A stretch of DNA of 57,922 nucleotides from a virus (taxonomy: Duplodnaviria > Caudoviricetes). The position numbers were made by a program, and so were the translations under genes. Under the pieces are notes generated by a model. The model searched no databases and was not told the DNA's origin. It saw nothing but the letters and a program-made list of their open reading frames with translations. Position 1 is the first letter of the stretch; each line of letters opens with the position of its first letter. The stretch covers positions 1 through 57,922 of IMG/VR virus record IMGVR_UViG_3300042834_000003; one strand, 5' to 3'. This document shows positions 25,208 through 35,697 of this stretch, piece by piece.

Positions 25208-25921
25208 TTAGATGGAAACAAGATCCGTGAAGTCGGCAGAAGAGCCAACGTCACGGACCTCTATGGTTCGTGGAGTAGCGGTGAAAGGGGAGTCGATAAT
25301 CTGATTAGCGGTCTCAGATTGCAGAGTCTTAACTAGAACCACTTGCTCAGCAGCAAGAACCTGGAATTTATTACTGACATACACGCTTGAGTTGTGACCG
25401 AATCCAGTGACCAGACCGGTCCCCCACAGGGCTGCGATAGTGCCGGTAAGAGAGGTTTTTCTAATCCGTATAAACGCTGTATCAGAGATACCCCCCATGG
25501 TGTAGTGACCCAGTACCCGTACCTCATAAGCCCTGTTCGGAATCAGATTCATGGCTGGCGTGGTTTGCACCACCGCCTCGGCCACAGTTCCTGCTGAGTT
25601 AGACGTTGAACTAACGAACCCCATGAGTTGGGGGGATGTGTTGGCCACATAACCGATGATGAACTTCCCACCCGGCGGTACGTCCATCCCCATGATTCGA
25701 TCATTGATCCGTACAGAACCGATCAAGCTGGTGGTCCCGATCGAGACTGTGTCGCCATCGAAGGTGACCATCGCCGTGTTGGTCAGGGCCACGTAGGAGT
25801 TCACCGTGCCGGGTCGCAGGGACCAGGTGAGGCCCAGACGGGCTGCGTTGTCTTTGATGGCCTGGGTGCCCACACCAAAGATTTCTGGCGCCATCTGCTC
25901 AGGCCTGAGTGGTCCTGTCAC
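25208..25921 (-). CDS. minor tail / receptor-binding protein
   Basis: End of the tail module; beta-rich, lower-GC C-terminus. Confidence 0.6.
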   Translation of the reverse strand: MTGPLRPEQMAPEIFGVGTQAIKDNAARLGLTWSLRPGTVNSYVALTNTAMVTFDGDTVSIGTTSLIGSVRINDRIMGMDVPPGGKFIIGYVANTSPQLMGFVSSTSNSAGTVAEAVVQTTPAMNLIPNRAYEVRVLGHYTMGGISDTAFIRIRKTSLTGTIAALWGTGLVTGFGHNSSVYVSNKFQVLAAEQVVLVKTLQSETANQIIDSPFTATPRTIEVRDVGSSADFTDLVSI

Positions 25922-26976
25922 TGGGGGTACGCCTTCCTGAGTAGATGGCCCATCGTTCCGCCCTCTATCAGGGCCATGGACCAGCCCAACTCCAGCCACA
26001 GGTCACCCTGCCAGTGGATGACATTGTAGGAGTCATGACGAGGATCTGGAGCGGTGTTAAGAGCGACCTGTTCGAAGATGGTGAACCGGTTAGCGAGATT
26101 CTGTGCCACCGCCTGTGCCTGACCCTGAGTGCTGACCTGAAGGTCTGTTACGAGAGGAATGCGGAATCCCCGATTCGCCTCAGAGTGTGGCGCCGTAGGG
26201 GGTACCAAGGCGGTACCCACCACCTCGATGGAGGGATCGTCAGGAACGTTGGAGATCACCACGAAGACGTTGGGGGCCGTGATGAGGTCATCGGTTTCAT
26301 TGATCGAGTCCCGCATGACGCTGTTGCCAGCATCGAAGTCGAAGTCAGGGATCCTGGTGGCCGGGTTGAAGGAGCGGATGAATCGCAGCTCCCCCGTGTT
26401 GTCGAACCAGGGTGAGAAGTAGTCCCCTACCAGGGACAGGGACTGGAGGATCTGGCCCCGGTTGGTGCCGACACTGAACGATTCCTGGGACGAGAAGGAG
26501 GACTGCTCCATTCGGTAGTGGATCGGGAGCGGGTCCAGAACGCTGGCCAGGACGTTGTCGACGCTCTTGTCTTTGGCGTTGATACCGGAGGTGATCTGTT
26601 GATCAACGAGGAACATTTCATCGTTCATCACCACGTTGGACAGCCGTCCCGAGGTGAAGAACTGCCGAGACGAGTCGGTGAACATGTACCGGCCCAGCGG
26701 GTACTGGGCCCCATTCGGGAAGGTCATGTATACAAGGACCCGGTCCCGGACCGTGTTGACCCGCAGGGTGTCGGTCACCCCCAGCTCCATGGAGAGCTGG
26801 CGCTTGATGGTCCGGTTCGTGTCGTGGGTGAGGCGAGCTCCCCGGATCGGGGTGATGTCCCCCTTCTGCTCACCAGAGACGCCATCCAGCAGCTGTAACC
26901 GGAACGTGCACTGACGCTGCCCGACCCAGGGATCCAGGTCAAGCAACGGGTCGTGGGGAAAGTTGGTCAACATCAC
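25918..26976 (-). CDS. minor tail (baseplate hub-like) protein
   Basis: Position after the large tail protein; YPLGRY, WFD..G motifs. Confidence 0.7.
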   Translation of the reverse strand: MMLTNFPHDPLLDLDPWVGQRQCTFRLQLLDGVSGEQKGDITPIRGARLTHDTNRTIKRQLSMELGVTDTLRVNTVRDRVLVYMTFPNGAQYPLGRYMFTDSSRQFFTSGRLSNVVMNDEMFLVDQQITSGINAKDKSVDNVLASVLDPLPIHYRMEQSSFSSQESFSVGTNRGQILQSLSLVGDYFSPWFDNTGELRFIRSFNPATRIPDFDFDAGNSVMRDSINETDDLITAPNVFVVISNVPDDPSIEVVGTALVPPTAPHSEANRGFRIPLVTDLQVSTQGQAQAVAQNLANRFTIFEQVALNTAPDPRHDSYNVIHWQGDLWLELGWSMALIEGGTMGHLLRKAYPQ

Positions 26977-29900
26977 GGATCCACAGGGGACGGAGTATCA
27001 GTGACCTCGATGATGTCCACGTCGGCCAGGTAGAGCTTGCGGAACCGACGTACGTTGCCGCTCGGGACCAGGACAGTGGCGAACCACCGGTTTCCGTCCT
27101 CATCCCGGACACAGATGTAGGGCACGTCAGCCCACGCCATGTCCCGCAGGGATGTGAAGTCCGCCAGCGTGGGCGCGGAGATGGCGGCGGCCTGGACTAG
27201 GAGAGTCCGACTGAACCTCTCCCCGCCCCGCTCCGTGGGGTGGAACGCCGTGAAGAAGTCCTTGTTGTACATGGCCTGCAGCTGTACGAAGCCAGCCTCA
27301 GGGAAGTTGAACTGCTCGTCGACGCGCCCCTCCCAGGCGTTGGAGTAGGCGAGGTTGATAGCTCCACTCTGGACTTCATTCGAGGTGAAGATCATGACGT
27401 GGTCATCCGCGCCCATGCCCAGTGCCGTGATGCCGGGGGCCGGGATAGTGGAGGTGATCGTCGAAGACCAGGGACCGGGGAAGTTGAGAACGTTGGTGGC
27501 CCGGATCCGGTAGGAGGACAGGATCCCTACCCGGGCCTCGTAGTCGTTGAACCCAGACACGGTAGGGGACGTGGCTTCCATGATCGTCTGCCAGGTGGTG
27601 TCGATCGTGTCCTGGCGCTGGAGCTCAAACGCGCCGAAGCTGGCCTCAGTGACGATGATGTTGTCGATGGACAGGACCGGCTGGGTGGGGCCACCGTTGA
27701 AGGCTCGGACCCCGACCGTGCCGGCGGCCAGGTTCGCCGGTAGGGCGGCGTCCAGCATCCAGTCAGGCGGCTCCGGATCAGCGTCTATCCAGGCCTTGGC
27801 CACGAAGGTGTTATTGATGACCTCGAATTTGACGTTGATCCATGTGTTCGGTGCGTAGGTGGCCATGAACGGGATGTTGGCCAACGTCTGGTGCAGAGAC
27901 GTCAGCTCTGAGACCAGGTACAGGCTCACACTGCCGGCAGCGTCGAAGTTGACCCTGGTGTACACCTGGCTGGCCGTACCCCCTGTACCTCGTACCCACA
28001 GGCCGCCCCAGTGCTCCCCTGAGGCCGCGACCGTGGAGGACGAGATGCGGTAGGACCCCTTCACGTCCAGGAACGTGGTAGCCCCCATGATGGCGGTGTG
28101 AGGGATGCCGAAGGCGCCGGAGAAGCTGACCAAACCCTCGTTGCCATTGACGGAGAAGTCCGCTGGGGGGTTCACCGTCCACGCCTGGTTGGTGGTGGAG
28201 GTTCCCCAACCGCCGGCCGCCACCGTGCGAGTGAAGAAGTCCAGGCCCACATCTGTGCTCTGGAAGGGCCACGTGAGGCGGTTGTACTGGATCTGGGACG
28301 GGATGAAGATGGGGTTGATCCCACAGTTCTGACCGATCCCGGTGACTGCCTGGCTCAGCACCGTTACGGCCATGCCGGTGACGGTGGGCATGTTCTGGGA
28401 GAAGATGATCACCGCGTCGGACGAGTCATCGTCGGTGCCGTTGCCGGACACCCACGGTGAGCCCACACCTTGCGGCACCCACTCCAGCTCCGCCGCTGAA
28501 CCGGTCGGGGCCAGGTATGTCGACTCATACAGCTGGGCGTTGGCCGGCGCCAGGTTCAGCATGTTCCCTGGGATGCCAGACAGTGCTGGCGCCACCGCAC
28601 CGAGGATCTCCCACCGGTTGCCAGCGGTCTCACCGGTGGCGCTCCAGGTGAACTTGGCCGCCGTGCTGCCGAACGTGGGGGCGATGGGGAAGGTGAGCGT
28701 CACCTCCTTCCAGCCATCCACGATCTCGTCGAGCTGGTCATGCTCGATGGGGGTGATGGACACGATGCTGGTGGGGAACGTGGTGGAGGTGAGCTTCAGT
28801 GGCACCACCGTGTTGCCGAACCGTCGAGCGTAGAACCGGACCTGTGGGTAGCTGGCCGCCGTGATGGTGCCGTCAGCTATCTCCTGCGTCGCTGTGACCA
28901 GACCGTAGACCTGAGCGACGGCTTGGCGTCCGTATACGTGGACCTCGGGCATCACGGCCGGGACGCTGGTGTGCAGTGACAGCTGGGGGAGAGTGTCGAC
29001 CTCAGCGGCCTGGAACACCTCCCCGTCGGTGATGGGCGTTGGGATCCGAAGCTCAACACCCTTGTGCGGCGGTATCGGGTACAGCTGGCGGATCGAGTTC
29101 AGCAGCGGTTGCCGGCCCAGGTTGATCTGACTCTGGATCAAGTCACCTGTGCTGCTCTCAGCCAGGGTCAGGTAGTAGTCCCCAGACGGCAGGGACGGCA
29201 CTGTGACACCAGTGAGGCTCCTCATCGTGATGCCGTTCTGGCCCATGGTGAAGAAGCGTTCGGCTGTCGAGATGCTGTTGACCATCAACGAGCCGTAGCT
29301 AACTCGCTGCTCATCGCAGAAGAAGACCTGGAGGGCCACGTAGTCCAGGGTGTAGTCCCGGTCGTTGGCGGCACTGCTCAGCGAGCGGATGTGGAAGAAG
29401 ATCCGGCTAGCGGCTGAAGCTTCGAAGCGCTGCAGCTGGGTGTAGGTCCACGGGATCGTCTCGTTCATCGTCGTTGGGGACGTGAAGAAGAGGTTCGTGT
29501 CACCGATCTTGATGGTGTTGTAGGAGTCAGACTCGAAGTTGTGGCCAGGACCTAGCGGGTTGTCGTTGAACGGTGACGGATAGAACCAGCGGTTCGGATC
29601 GGTGTCCTCACCGATTGCGGAGGTGAACCTGTTCTCTGAGGTCTCGGCTTGGCCTGGAACCAGGCCCGCCGAGTAGAGGATGTTGACCGCCAGGATCCGT
29701 TTGCCGTTGAGCAGCTGGGCGTACTGGTTGAGAGCAAAGAACATGGAGATGTCATCCTGGACGCCGCTACCAGGTGCCCAAGACACGAACTTGTCGTCAG
29801 AGCCGTCAGCCAGAGCCTCCGCCACCGTGGTGGCATTGACCAGGCTGATACCCGAACCGGTGATCCCACCGTTGTTGCAGGGGATCAGGACACTCCTGAT

Positions 29901-30155
29901 GGGCCCGGACTTGTCGATCCGGTCAGCCGGGTACACAGCGGCCGTGTAGACCTGACAGGCCACGAAGCCGGGCGGGAACTTGTGAAGGTAGAACTTCGCT
30001 TCACCAAGGTTCACTGCGGCCCCGGTGGTGAACCGGTGGCCACGCTCCACGTTGTTCACGGCCTGGGAGTAGGTCAGGTCTTCGTCCCGGATCGGCACCC
30101 ATTCCTGGCCCAGGATGCGAGGAAGGTGGGGGTTGTAGTTACCGATGACGTCCAC
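26973..30155 (-). CDS. large minor tail protein
   Basis: 1060 aa, beta-rich, DYEA...YRIR motif, follows the tape measure gene. Confidence 0.75.
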   Translation of the reverse strand: MDVIGNYNPHLPRILGQEWVPIRDEDLTYSQAVNNVERGHRFTTGAAVNLGEAKFYLHKFPPGFVACQVYTAAVYPADRIDKSGPIRSVLIPCNNGGITGSGISLVNATTVAEALADGSDDKFVSWAPGSGVQDDISMFFALNQYAQLLNGKRILAVNILYSAGLVPGQAETSENRFTSAIGEDTDPNRWFYPSPFNDNPLGPGHNFESDSYNTIKIGDTNLFFTSPTTMNETIPWTYTQLQRFEASAASRIFFHIRSLSSAANDRDYTLDYVALQVFFCDEQRVSYGSLMVNSISTAERFFTMGQNGITMRSLTGVTVPSLPSGDYYLTLAESSTGDLIQSQINLGRQPLLNSIRQLYPIPPHKGVELRIPTPITDGEVFQAAEVDTLPQLSLHTSVPAVMPEVHVYGRQAVAQVYGLVTATQEIADGTITAASYPQVRFYARRFGNTVVPLKLTSTTFPTSIVSITPIEHDQLDEIVDGWKEVTLTFPIAPTFGSTAAKFTWSATGETAGNRWEILGAVAPALSGIPGNMLNLAPANAQLYESTYLAPTGSAAELEWVPQGVGSPWVSGNGTDDDSSDAVIIFSQNMPTVTGMAVTVLSQAVTGIGQNCGINPIFIPSQIQYNRLTWPFQSTDVGLDFFTRTVAAGGWGTSTTNQAWTVNPPADFSVNGNEGLVSFSGAFGIPHTAIMGATTFLDVKGSYRISSSTVAASGEHWGGLWVRGTGGTASQVYTRVNFDAAGSVSLYLVSELTSLHQTLANIPFMATYAPNTWINVKFEVINNTFVAKAWIDADPEPPDWMLDAALPANLAAGTVGVRAFNGGPTQPVLSIDNIIVTEASFGAFELQRQDTIDTTWQTIMEATSPTVSGFNDYEARVGILSSYRIRATNVLNFPGPWSSTITSTIPAPGITALGMGADDHVMIFTSNEVQSGAINLAYSNAWEGRVDEQFNFPEAGFVQLQAMYNKDFFTAFHPTERGGERFSRTLLVQAAAISAPTLADFTSLRDMAWADVPYICVRDEDGNRWFATVLVPSGNVRRFRKLYLADVDIIEVTDTPSPVDP

Positions 30156-30597
30156 CCCTCTTCAGGGAACGTCGACGAACCTCTCTAGCCGCATGACAGG
30201 CTCGGCAATTACGAGATCCATTTTTCATTAAGGTATTCTTCTCATCATAAAGATGTCCCCGTGGACAATGAGTCTTGACTGCGTTAACCCTGCCACTACC
30301 ACTTCGACCGCGAGATTCTCTGTCTCGAATGTTGTCTTGAGCCGAACCGATATAAAGATGGCTCGGGTTACAACAGGGCGGGTTGTCACATTTATGGCAA
30401 ACGAAATCGGATCTCTCTAACTTCTCATTGGCTAGCTTTGCCATCAACCAACGATGGGACGACCAGATCTTATCGATTCCAGATCCAAAACGTCCATGTC
30501 CAGAAATAGCTCTCGATGCAATCCAAGGCCAGCACTCTTCCGGACCTGCTGAAGAATCCACATTGGCCCAGAATCGTTCAGCAATGTGCTGCTCCAT
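30139..30597 (-). CDS. HNH homing endonuclease
   Basis: VCHKCDNPPCCNPSHL...DN; C-terminal KTHCPRGH...CRAC; lower GC. Confidence 0.9.
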   Translation of the reverse strand: MEQHIAERFWANVDSSAGPEECWPWIASRAISGHGRFGSGIDKIWSSHRWLMAKLANEKLERSDFVCHKCDNPPCCNPSHLYIGSAQDNIRDRESRGRSGSGRVNAVKTHCPRGHLYDEKNTLMKNGSRNCRACHAAREVRRRSLKRGGRHR

Positions 30598-32654
30598 CAG
30601 ATAGTCCTCACTGCCAGGCGGGTGTCACGAGCGAGCAGGCCACCAGTGATGCCACTGGCCACTGCTGATCCGGTGGTCTGGGCCTGCTGGGTGGTCGGTA
30701 GAGCACCTTGGAAACCAACCTGGATCGAGTTGGCCCCGAACACGATGTTGGAGACCGCGTCGTTGGACACAGACTGCAACGTGGGTGCCTCCATCGCGAT
30801 ACCTCGGGCGAAGTCTCGGATCAGGTTCTGTCCCCGGTAGAGGCTGTACCCCTTACCGGATAGGGGTCCGTCCTCGGCAGGTGATCCGGGCAGGAACTGA
30901 GTGATCTTGTGGATCATCTCGCTCCCTGTGTTGGCCAGGAAGCCGAACATGGAACGGATGCCGTTGATGAACCCCTGGATCAGGTTCTGACCGGCACGAA
31001 ACAGCAGACCAGCCAGGTTCCCGAGGGCCGCCGTGATCTGGGCCGGGAGCTGGGTGACCAGGAGGAGGAAACGTCCCTTCCCGTTGTTCAGGGACTCCCA
31101 CAGGTGGATGAAGAAGTTGGCGATCGCATGCCAGGCGTCTGCGATACCGGTCCCCAGCGCGAAGACGAAGTCCCGGATAGCCCCACCAGCCACATCTAGC
31201 CAGTGCCACACCGTCTCGGCCGCGAAGCCGATAGCTGGAATGATTCCATTCTTGATGAACTCGGCTGTGGTCTCCAGTAGCCCGAACAACAGGAAGATCA
31301 GGGCGATGAGGCCGGTGGTCACTTCGAGGGCGATGATCACAAAGTGGACGAGACCCTCAAAAGCCTTCCGCCCGAAGTCACTGCCCAGCAGGAAGGTGAG
31401 TAGCTCGACGTCTTTGACGATCTCGTCAAGGACCTTCTGGCCACCGGCTTTGTTGAGCTGGTCAGCGAAGACGAAGATGAAGTCGATCAGGGCCCCGACG
31501 AGTTCGATGAGGGACTGGAAGGACTTCTGCATATCCATCAACCACTTGGTGGTCGCTGGATCCTTGGAGACGTTGGTGAAGAACACCCCGAGCTGGAACA
31601 GGATGCCCCCGAGGATCTTCCCCAGCACAGTGAGAAACGGAATCATCGCTGTGGCGAACTGGATCAGACCGGTCAGGAATGTGACCAGGGAGTCGCCAAA
31701 CGTTCGCAGGAAGTTCCGGGTGGCCGGGATGATCTCTTTGACGAAGGTGACAAACGTCGACGAGGCGAAGAACAGCCCGATCTTCTCGAACAAGTCACCC
31801 AGTGATGTAGCGATACTGGCCAGGCGTCCATCGGTCAGCCATGCGAAAGACTTAGCGATCTTGGGAACCGTGTCCCCGAACGCCTTGAAGAACGACTCCT
31901 GGAGCTGTGCCTTCAACACACTGAAGAAGTCCCGCAGCGGTAGCAGAGTCTTCACGAACGCCTGAGCGGACGGTGTGAGCCCAGCTATAGCCGTCTGGAG
32001 TTCCTTGGCATTCTTGGCTGCGAACGCTCCCTGGATAGCGGTGCCGACACCCTTAAAGGCCAGGAACAACACGCCGGCCTGGAGTGCTATGGCCCCGATC
32101 AGGGTTGGGATGGTGGCGATGACAGCTACCAGAGAGTTGGCAGCTTGGATGGCACCAACGATCAGACCGATGAGCGCTGTAATGGCCGGGATGAGGACAG
32201 CGATCAGGGGGGACTTGCCGGAGACGTTGAAGATGGATCCAACGGCGTCAGCGATGCCCTGCCCGACCTTGCCGAATAGGCCACCACTGCTGGAGGCGGC
32301 CTGCTCGAAGGCGGTACCAATGTCTTCTTCGATGTCATGGGCGACTCGACTGATGAACCGACCGTTGCGCCCCCGTCGGTTCCAGCGGAGGTTGGGAACG
32401 AAGTCCAACGGTCGCCGGTTCACTTCACGGGTCAAAGTGCGCCCGATGTCCCGGCCCACTGTGGGCCCGTTCTTGTCTACCTCTTTGGCGATAGAAGTGG
32501 AGAGGGTATCCCCGATGTCCTTGCCGGCCTTATCGACTTCCTTCTCTACGTCCTTGAGTTCTTTACGGATCCCGCTGGCGACTTCCTCGTCGAAGTCCTT
32601 GTCTACGCGGCCATGGACATCTACCCATGCCTCGCCCAGACTGTCCATCGCCAT
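30597..32654 (-). CDS. tape measure protein
   Basis: 685 aa helical, Ala/Gly/hydrophobic; C-terminal LPGSPAEDGPLSG. Confidence 0.85.
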   Translation of the reverse strand: MAMDSLGEAWVDVHGRVDKDFDEEVASGIRKELKDVEKEVDKAGKDIGDTLSTSIAKEVDKNGPTVGRDIGRTLTREVNRRPLDFVPNLRWNRRGRNGRFISRVAHDIEEDIGTAFEQAASSSGGLFGKVGQGIADAVGSIFNVSGKSPLIAVLIPAITALIGLIVGAIQAANSLVAVIATIPTLIGAIALQAGVLFLAFKGVGTAIQGAFAAKNAKELQTAIAGLTPSAQAFVKTLLPLRDFFSVLKAQLQESFFKAFGDTVPKIAKSFAWLTDGRLASIATSLGDLFEKIGLFFASSTFVTFVKEIIPATRNFLRTFGDSLVTFLTGLIQFATAMIPFLTVLGKILGGILFQLGVFFTNVSKDPATTKWLMDMQKSFQSLIELVGALIDFIFVFADQLNKAGGQKVLDEIVKDVELLTFLLGSDFGRKAFEGLVHFVIIALEVTTGLIALIFLLFGLLETTAEFIKNGIIPAIGFAAETVWHWLDVAGGAIRDFVFALGTGIADAWHAIANFFIHLWESLNNGKGRFLLLVTQLPAQITAALGNLAGLLFRAGQNLIQGFINGIRSMFGFLANTGSEMIHKITQFLPGSPAEDGPLSGKGYSLYRGQNLIRDFARGIAMEAPTLQSVSNDAVSNIVFGANSIQVGFQGALPTTQQAQTTGSAVASGITGGLLARDTRLAVRTI

Positions 32655-32695
32655 GAGGTCATCGTACGGATCATGCGGGGCCGGGCATAGTACAG

Positions 32696-33274
32696 CTACC
32701 CGGCCATCGAGAGGAAGGCTTCAGGGGTCATTTCCATGGACTCCTCAGTCACCTGATCGGCGAACTGCGGTGGGATCATCTCCAACCGGATAGTGAACAT
32801 GGAGACCTCTTTCGGGTCCATCATCCGAATCATCGTCAGCAGAGCCACATCCAGCCATGCCGACAGAGACAGTTTGTTGGCGTCCACGCCACGCAGCATC
32901 AGTTCAGCCCCGAGGGAATCCCAGTGCTGCTGCATAACTACAACCAGCCGCATGGTTATCCACCACGGCCGGGCCCCGACGGTGGTAAGGAGTTGCATCG
33001 TAGTGTCGAACAGGAAGTCGGGCTCCACTCCACCCTTGAACATGATGTCGGTGAGACGGTCCATGTCCTCATCGGTCAGAACGCTGTTGAGTAGTCCCAG
33101 GACGTCCTTGTCCATGCCCAGAATGCCGACGATCCAGTCTGTGGCCGGCAGCGGTGGCACCTCGAACTCCTGCCCGCCCAGGTAGATGTGGGCGGGCCAG
33201 GACCGCAGGGACCAGATGAAGTCAGTGTTGAGCTTCGGGACCTGGACCTTAACGGACGGCTGGTCGACGGCCAC
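32696..33274 (-). CDS. tail assembly chaperone (second ORF)
   Basis: Directly before the tape measure gene. Confidence 0.6.
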   Translation of the reverse strand: MAVDQPSVKVQVPKLNTDFIWSLRSWPAHIYLGGQEFEVPPLPATDWIVGILGMDKDVLGLLNSVLTDEDMDRLTDIMFKGGVEPDFLFDTTMQLLTTVGARPWWITMRLVVVMQQHWDSLGAELMLRGVDANKLSLSAWLDVALLTMIRMMDPKEVSMFTIRLEMIPPQFADQVTEESMEMTPEAFLSMAG

Positions 33275-33611
33275 GGCGAACCTTCGGCTTCTCCACCTCG
33301 TCCTGGTCGACGAAGGCGGACACGAAACTCATTAGATCCTTGAGTTCAAGATTCCCGGTTGAGATCAGGTCCATGAGGTACTCGCGGTCCTCATCCTGTA
33401 CAACCTGTGACTCCAAGGCGTCGAAGAGTCGCCGCATCCCCTTCATCTTGCGCGCGATGGGAACGTCAGGATCCTGGAGAACTTCACCTTCACGAGCCAT
33501 GAACAACATCTGGGCGTCGAGAAGTTGCCGAACGACAATGCTGCGACCCTTGACATCGACGATGCGGGTCTCGCGTCCTTTGTCCTCGGAGGCGGGGGTG
33601 GGTTGTGTCAT
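33249..33611 (-). CDS. tail assembly chaperone
   Basis: Synteny; overlaps the next ORF by 26 nt. Confidence 0.6.
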   Translation of the reverse strand: MTQPTPASEDKGRETRIVDVKGRSIVVRQLLDAQMLFMAREGEVLQDPDVPIARKMKGMRRLFDALESQVVQDEDREYLMDLISTGNLELKDLMSFVSAFVDQDEVEKPKVRRGRRPAVR

Positions 33612-33621
33612 GGGAGTGATC

Positions 33622-34113
33622 TTAGAGGTTAATCGTCTCGACGCGCATGCCATGGAGACGGGCAGAACGGTGCAGTGGTTCGGTCAGGAAGTGCTTACCT
33701 CTCTGACCGGGGTGTGAACGTCCAAGTTTCGATGGACTACCTGGGATGTGTGGCAAGTAAACAATCTTGCCAATTTTCCGCCAGAAGAATTTCAGCTGTG
33801 GTTTCCGATGAGAGCCGAAACGGAAGACTCCTCCAACCCCCTTCGGGAAAATCCAGTGGACCTTTGCGCCACGCTCTACGGAGAGGGCGTACTTCAGTGA
33901 GGTCCCCACGCGGCCAGTCACACCTATCGCCGTGAACTCCGGGCCGATGGAGTGGATGCTGTTGGAGAGCTTCCCCGTCGAGTAGGGACCGCCCAGGGTC
34001 TTGGCCTTCGCCTGGGCCTCAACTTCGCGGAGGACTTCCCGCACCAGTCGGGCGGCGGCTTCACGGGACTGAACCCACGTCGACGCTCGGTTGATCACCA
34101 CTCTGACTGCCAC
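33622..34113 (-). CDS. HK97 gp10-like tail completion protein
   Basis: TGKLSNSI...YA..VE.G...HPG...HFL..PL. Confidence 0.75.
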   Translation of the reverse strand: MAVRVVINRASTWVQSREAAARLVREVLREVEAQAKAKTLGGPYSTGKLSNSIHSIGPEFTAIGVTGRVGTSLKYALSVERGAKVHWIFPKGVGGVFRFGSHRKPQLKFFWRKIGKIVYLPHIPGSPSKLGRSHPGQRGKHFLTEPLHRSARLHGMRVETINL

Positions 34114-34261
34114 TGGTCCCCCAGGCTGGATCCTCCAAGAGTTGGAGGTATCCGTTCACGATCAAGTGTGCGACCTGCTCAGTCATGAGCACCAGACCTA
34201 TGTAGCCTTCCCTGAAGTTGCCGAAAGACTTCAGGGCCCGGATCTTGACGAATCTAGTCAC
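34061..34261 (-). CDS. small virion-associated protein
   Basis: Short ORF in the neck/tail module. Confidence 0.45.
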   Translation of the reverse strand: MTRFVKIRALKSFGNFREGYIGLVLMTEQVAHLIVNGYLQLLEDPAWGTSGSQSGDQPSVDVGSVP

Positions 34262-34808
34262 AGTCACAGTTCGGGAATTGGACAGTGACAGTGACATAAC
34301 GTTCCACACAGCCACCGTTGGGATTCACCTGGATCTGCCGGTCAATCACCAGGGACATGCCGAGGAAGAACCCGGTCTGGGCCCGGAGCCAGTTCCGGAA
34401 GCAGCACACAGCCCGACGCAGTGAGGCCGAGTCGTACATGTTCTGGATGGCCGCCGCTGTCCACTGGGTACAGGTGGGTGGCTCGAACAGGGTGTCATCA
34501 CTAGCGGCCACCGGTACGCAGCGCACGATGCCGAGCTTGAACTGTTGAGCCCACGATGGTGGCGCACAGACGGTGTTGGCCTGACGCACAATGTCCTGCT
34601 CCGGGAACGAGTCGGAGGAGGGGAACGTGTCCCCCATCGATACGTAGGCCAGACCTCTACAGCACAGGTCCTCGAACTGCCCCATGTCGTGAGCGACCTC
34701 GCTACCGACCCGGAGGCAGATCTGCTGGGGTACACCCGGACTGCCGGAGACAGCCACTGCGAGGCAGGCCAGGAGCTGACTGGATAGCTCGATGGTGGGC
34801 TCGGTCAT
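34254..34808 (-). CDS. tail terminator-like protein
   Basis: Cys-rich, GIVRC and GGC motifs; synteny. Confidence 0.6.
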   Translation of the reverse strand: MTEPTIELSSQLLACLAVAVSGSPGVPQQICLRVGSEVAHDMGQFEDLCCRGLAYVSMGDTFPSSDSFPEQDIVRQANTVCAPPSWAQQFKLGIVRCVPVAASDDTLFEPPTCTQWTAAAIQNMYDSASLRRAVCCFRNWLRAQTGFFLGMSLVIDRQIQVNPNGGCVERYVTVTVQFPNCDCD

Positions 34809-35671
34809 GGCCAGGTCTGTTCCCTGATCGGACTGATGTCGGGGCTGACGACTTTCATCCTGGAGGTGAGCCGGTAGGGGTTGAACCGTTGGATGATCGA
34901 GTCCACCGTTACGAGACCGGTGAGGCCATTTTGGAGTAGTTGATCAACGTCGGCCAGCGTCACCGACACACCTTGTCGAGAGATAGACGTAACCCGCTGT
35001 GGGAGCGCACATGCCTGGCCCAGACAAGCCTTGGCGAACTCGCAGGCGTACATCCCGGCCGCCCGCTGGAGTACCGCAGGGACCGGGAGACCCCACAGGT
35101 AGGTGACGGACCAGGCCGAGTCGTCAGCGGGCGCCAGGGGGCCCAGGACCGGCTCGTTGAAGTTGTTCTGGATCGGCCAGCAGTCGGTGGCCCCACCACC
35201 AGTGACAGCTGGGCCTTGACGGACCAGCCACTGCCAGTTGTCGACCCGGTAGGTTGACGGATCAACCACCCCGGTGCCACTGAACCGGACCTCCACGATC
35301 CCTGAGACCGGCGGGACCAGGTACACCTGGCACTGTGGCTGGCAGGACCGGCAGCTCGACCCGTTGCCGCACCAGCAGTTGCGCCACAGGCCGTTGAGGA
35401 TGTACGGGAACCAGGTTCCGTCAGCCCAGTACCAGCCGCCGCCCCATCCGTATCCCCAGTCGTAGTCACGGTGACAGGGACGCACAGTTCTTGTGCAGGC
35501 CCCGTACTTGCGACCGGTGGCGGCCCAGATGGAGAAGGCGGCGAACTCGGCAGCCGAGGTCTGGAGCTCGGGGGAGTAGGTGTCCCACTCGGGGCAACAG
35601 GCTGTGTCGACGGTCCAGTTGCAGGGCATGCCGGGGACCGAGTTGTCAGTGAACACCGTGATGGTGGACAA
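34805..35671 (-). CDS. head-to-tail adaptor
   Basis: WAATGR.YG.C, LPQRVTSISRQGVS, GLTGL..VD..I...NP. Confidence 0.75.
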   Translation of the reverse strand: MSTITVFTDNSVPGMPCNWTVDTACCPEWDTYSPELQTSAAEFAAFSIWAATGRKYGACTRTVRPCHRDYDWGYGWGGGWYWADGTWFPYILNGLWRNCWCGNGSSCRSCQPQCQVYLVPPVSGIVEVRFSGTGVVDPSTYRVDNWQWLVRQGPAVTGGGATDCWPIQNNFNEPVLGPLAPADDSAWSVTYLWGLPVPAVLQRAAGMYACEFAKACLGQACALPQRVTSISRQGVSVTLADVDQLLQNGLTGLVTVDSIIQRFNPYRLTSRMKVVSPDISPIREQTWP

Positions 35672-35697
35672 CCCGGCCCCCTTTCCTCGCCGTCAGC

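Noticed and set aside
30139-30597. HNH gene as a novel system
   Set aside because: An ordinary free-standing phage HNH homing endonuclease
33249-33274. Programmed frameshift between the tail chaperone ORFs
   Set aside because: The ORFs overlap, but I see no X XXY YYZ slippery heptamer, and the second ORF has its own GTG
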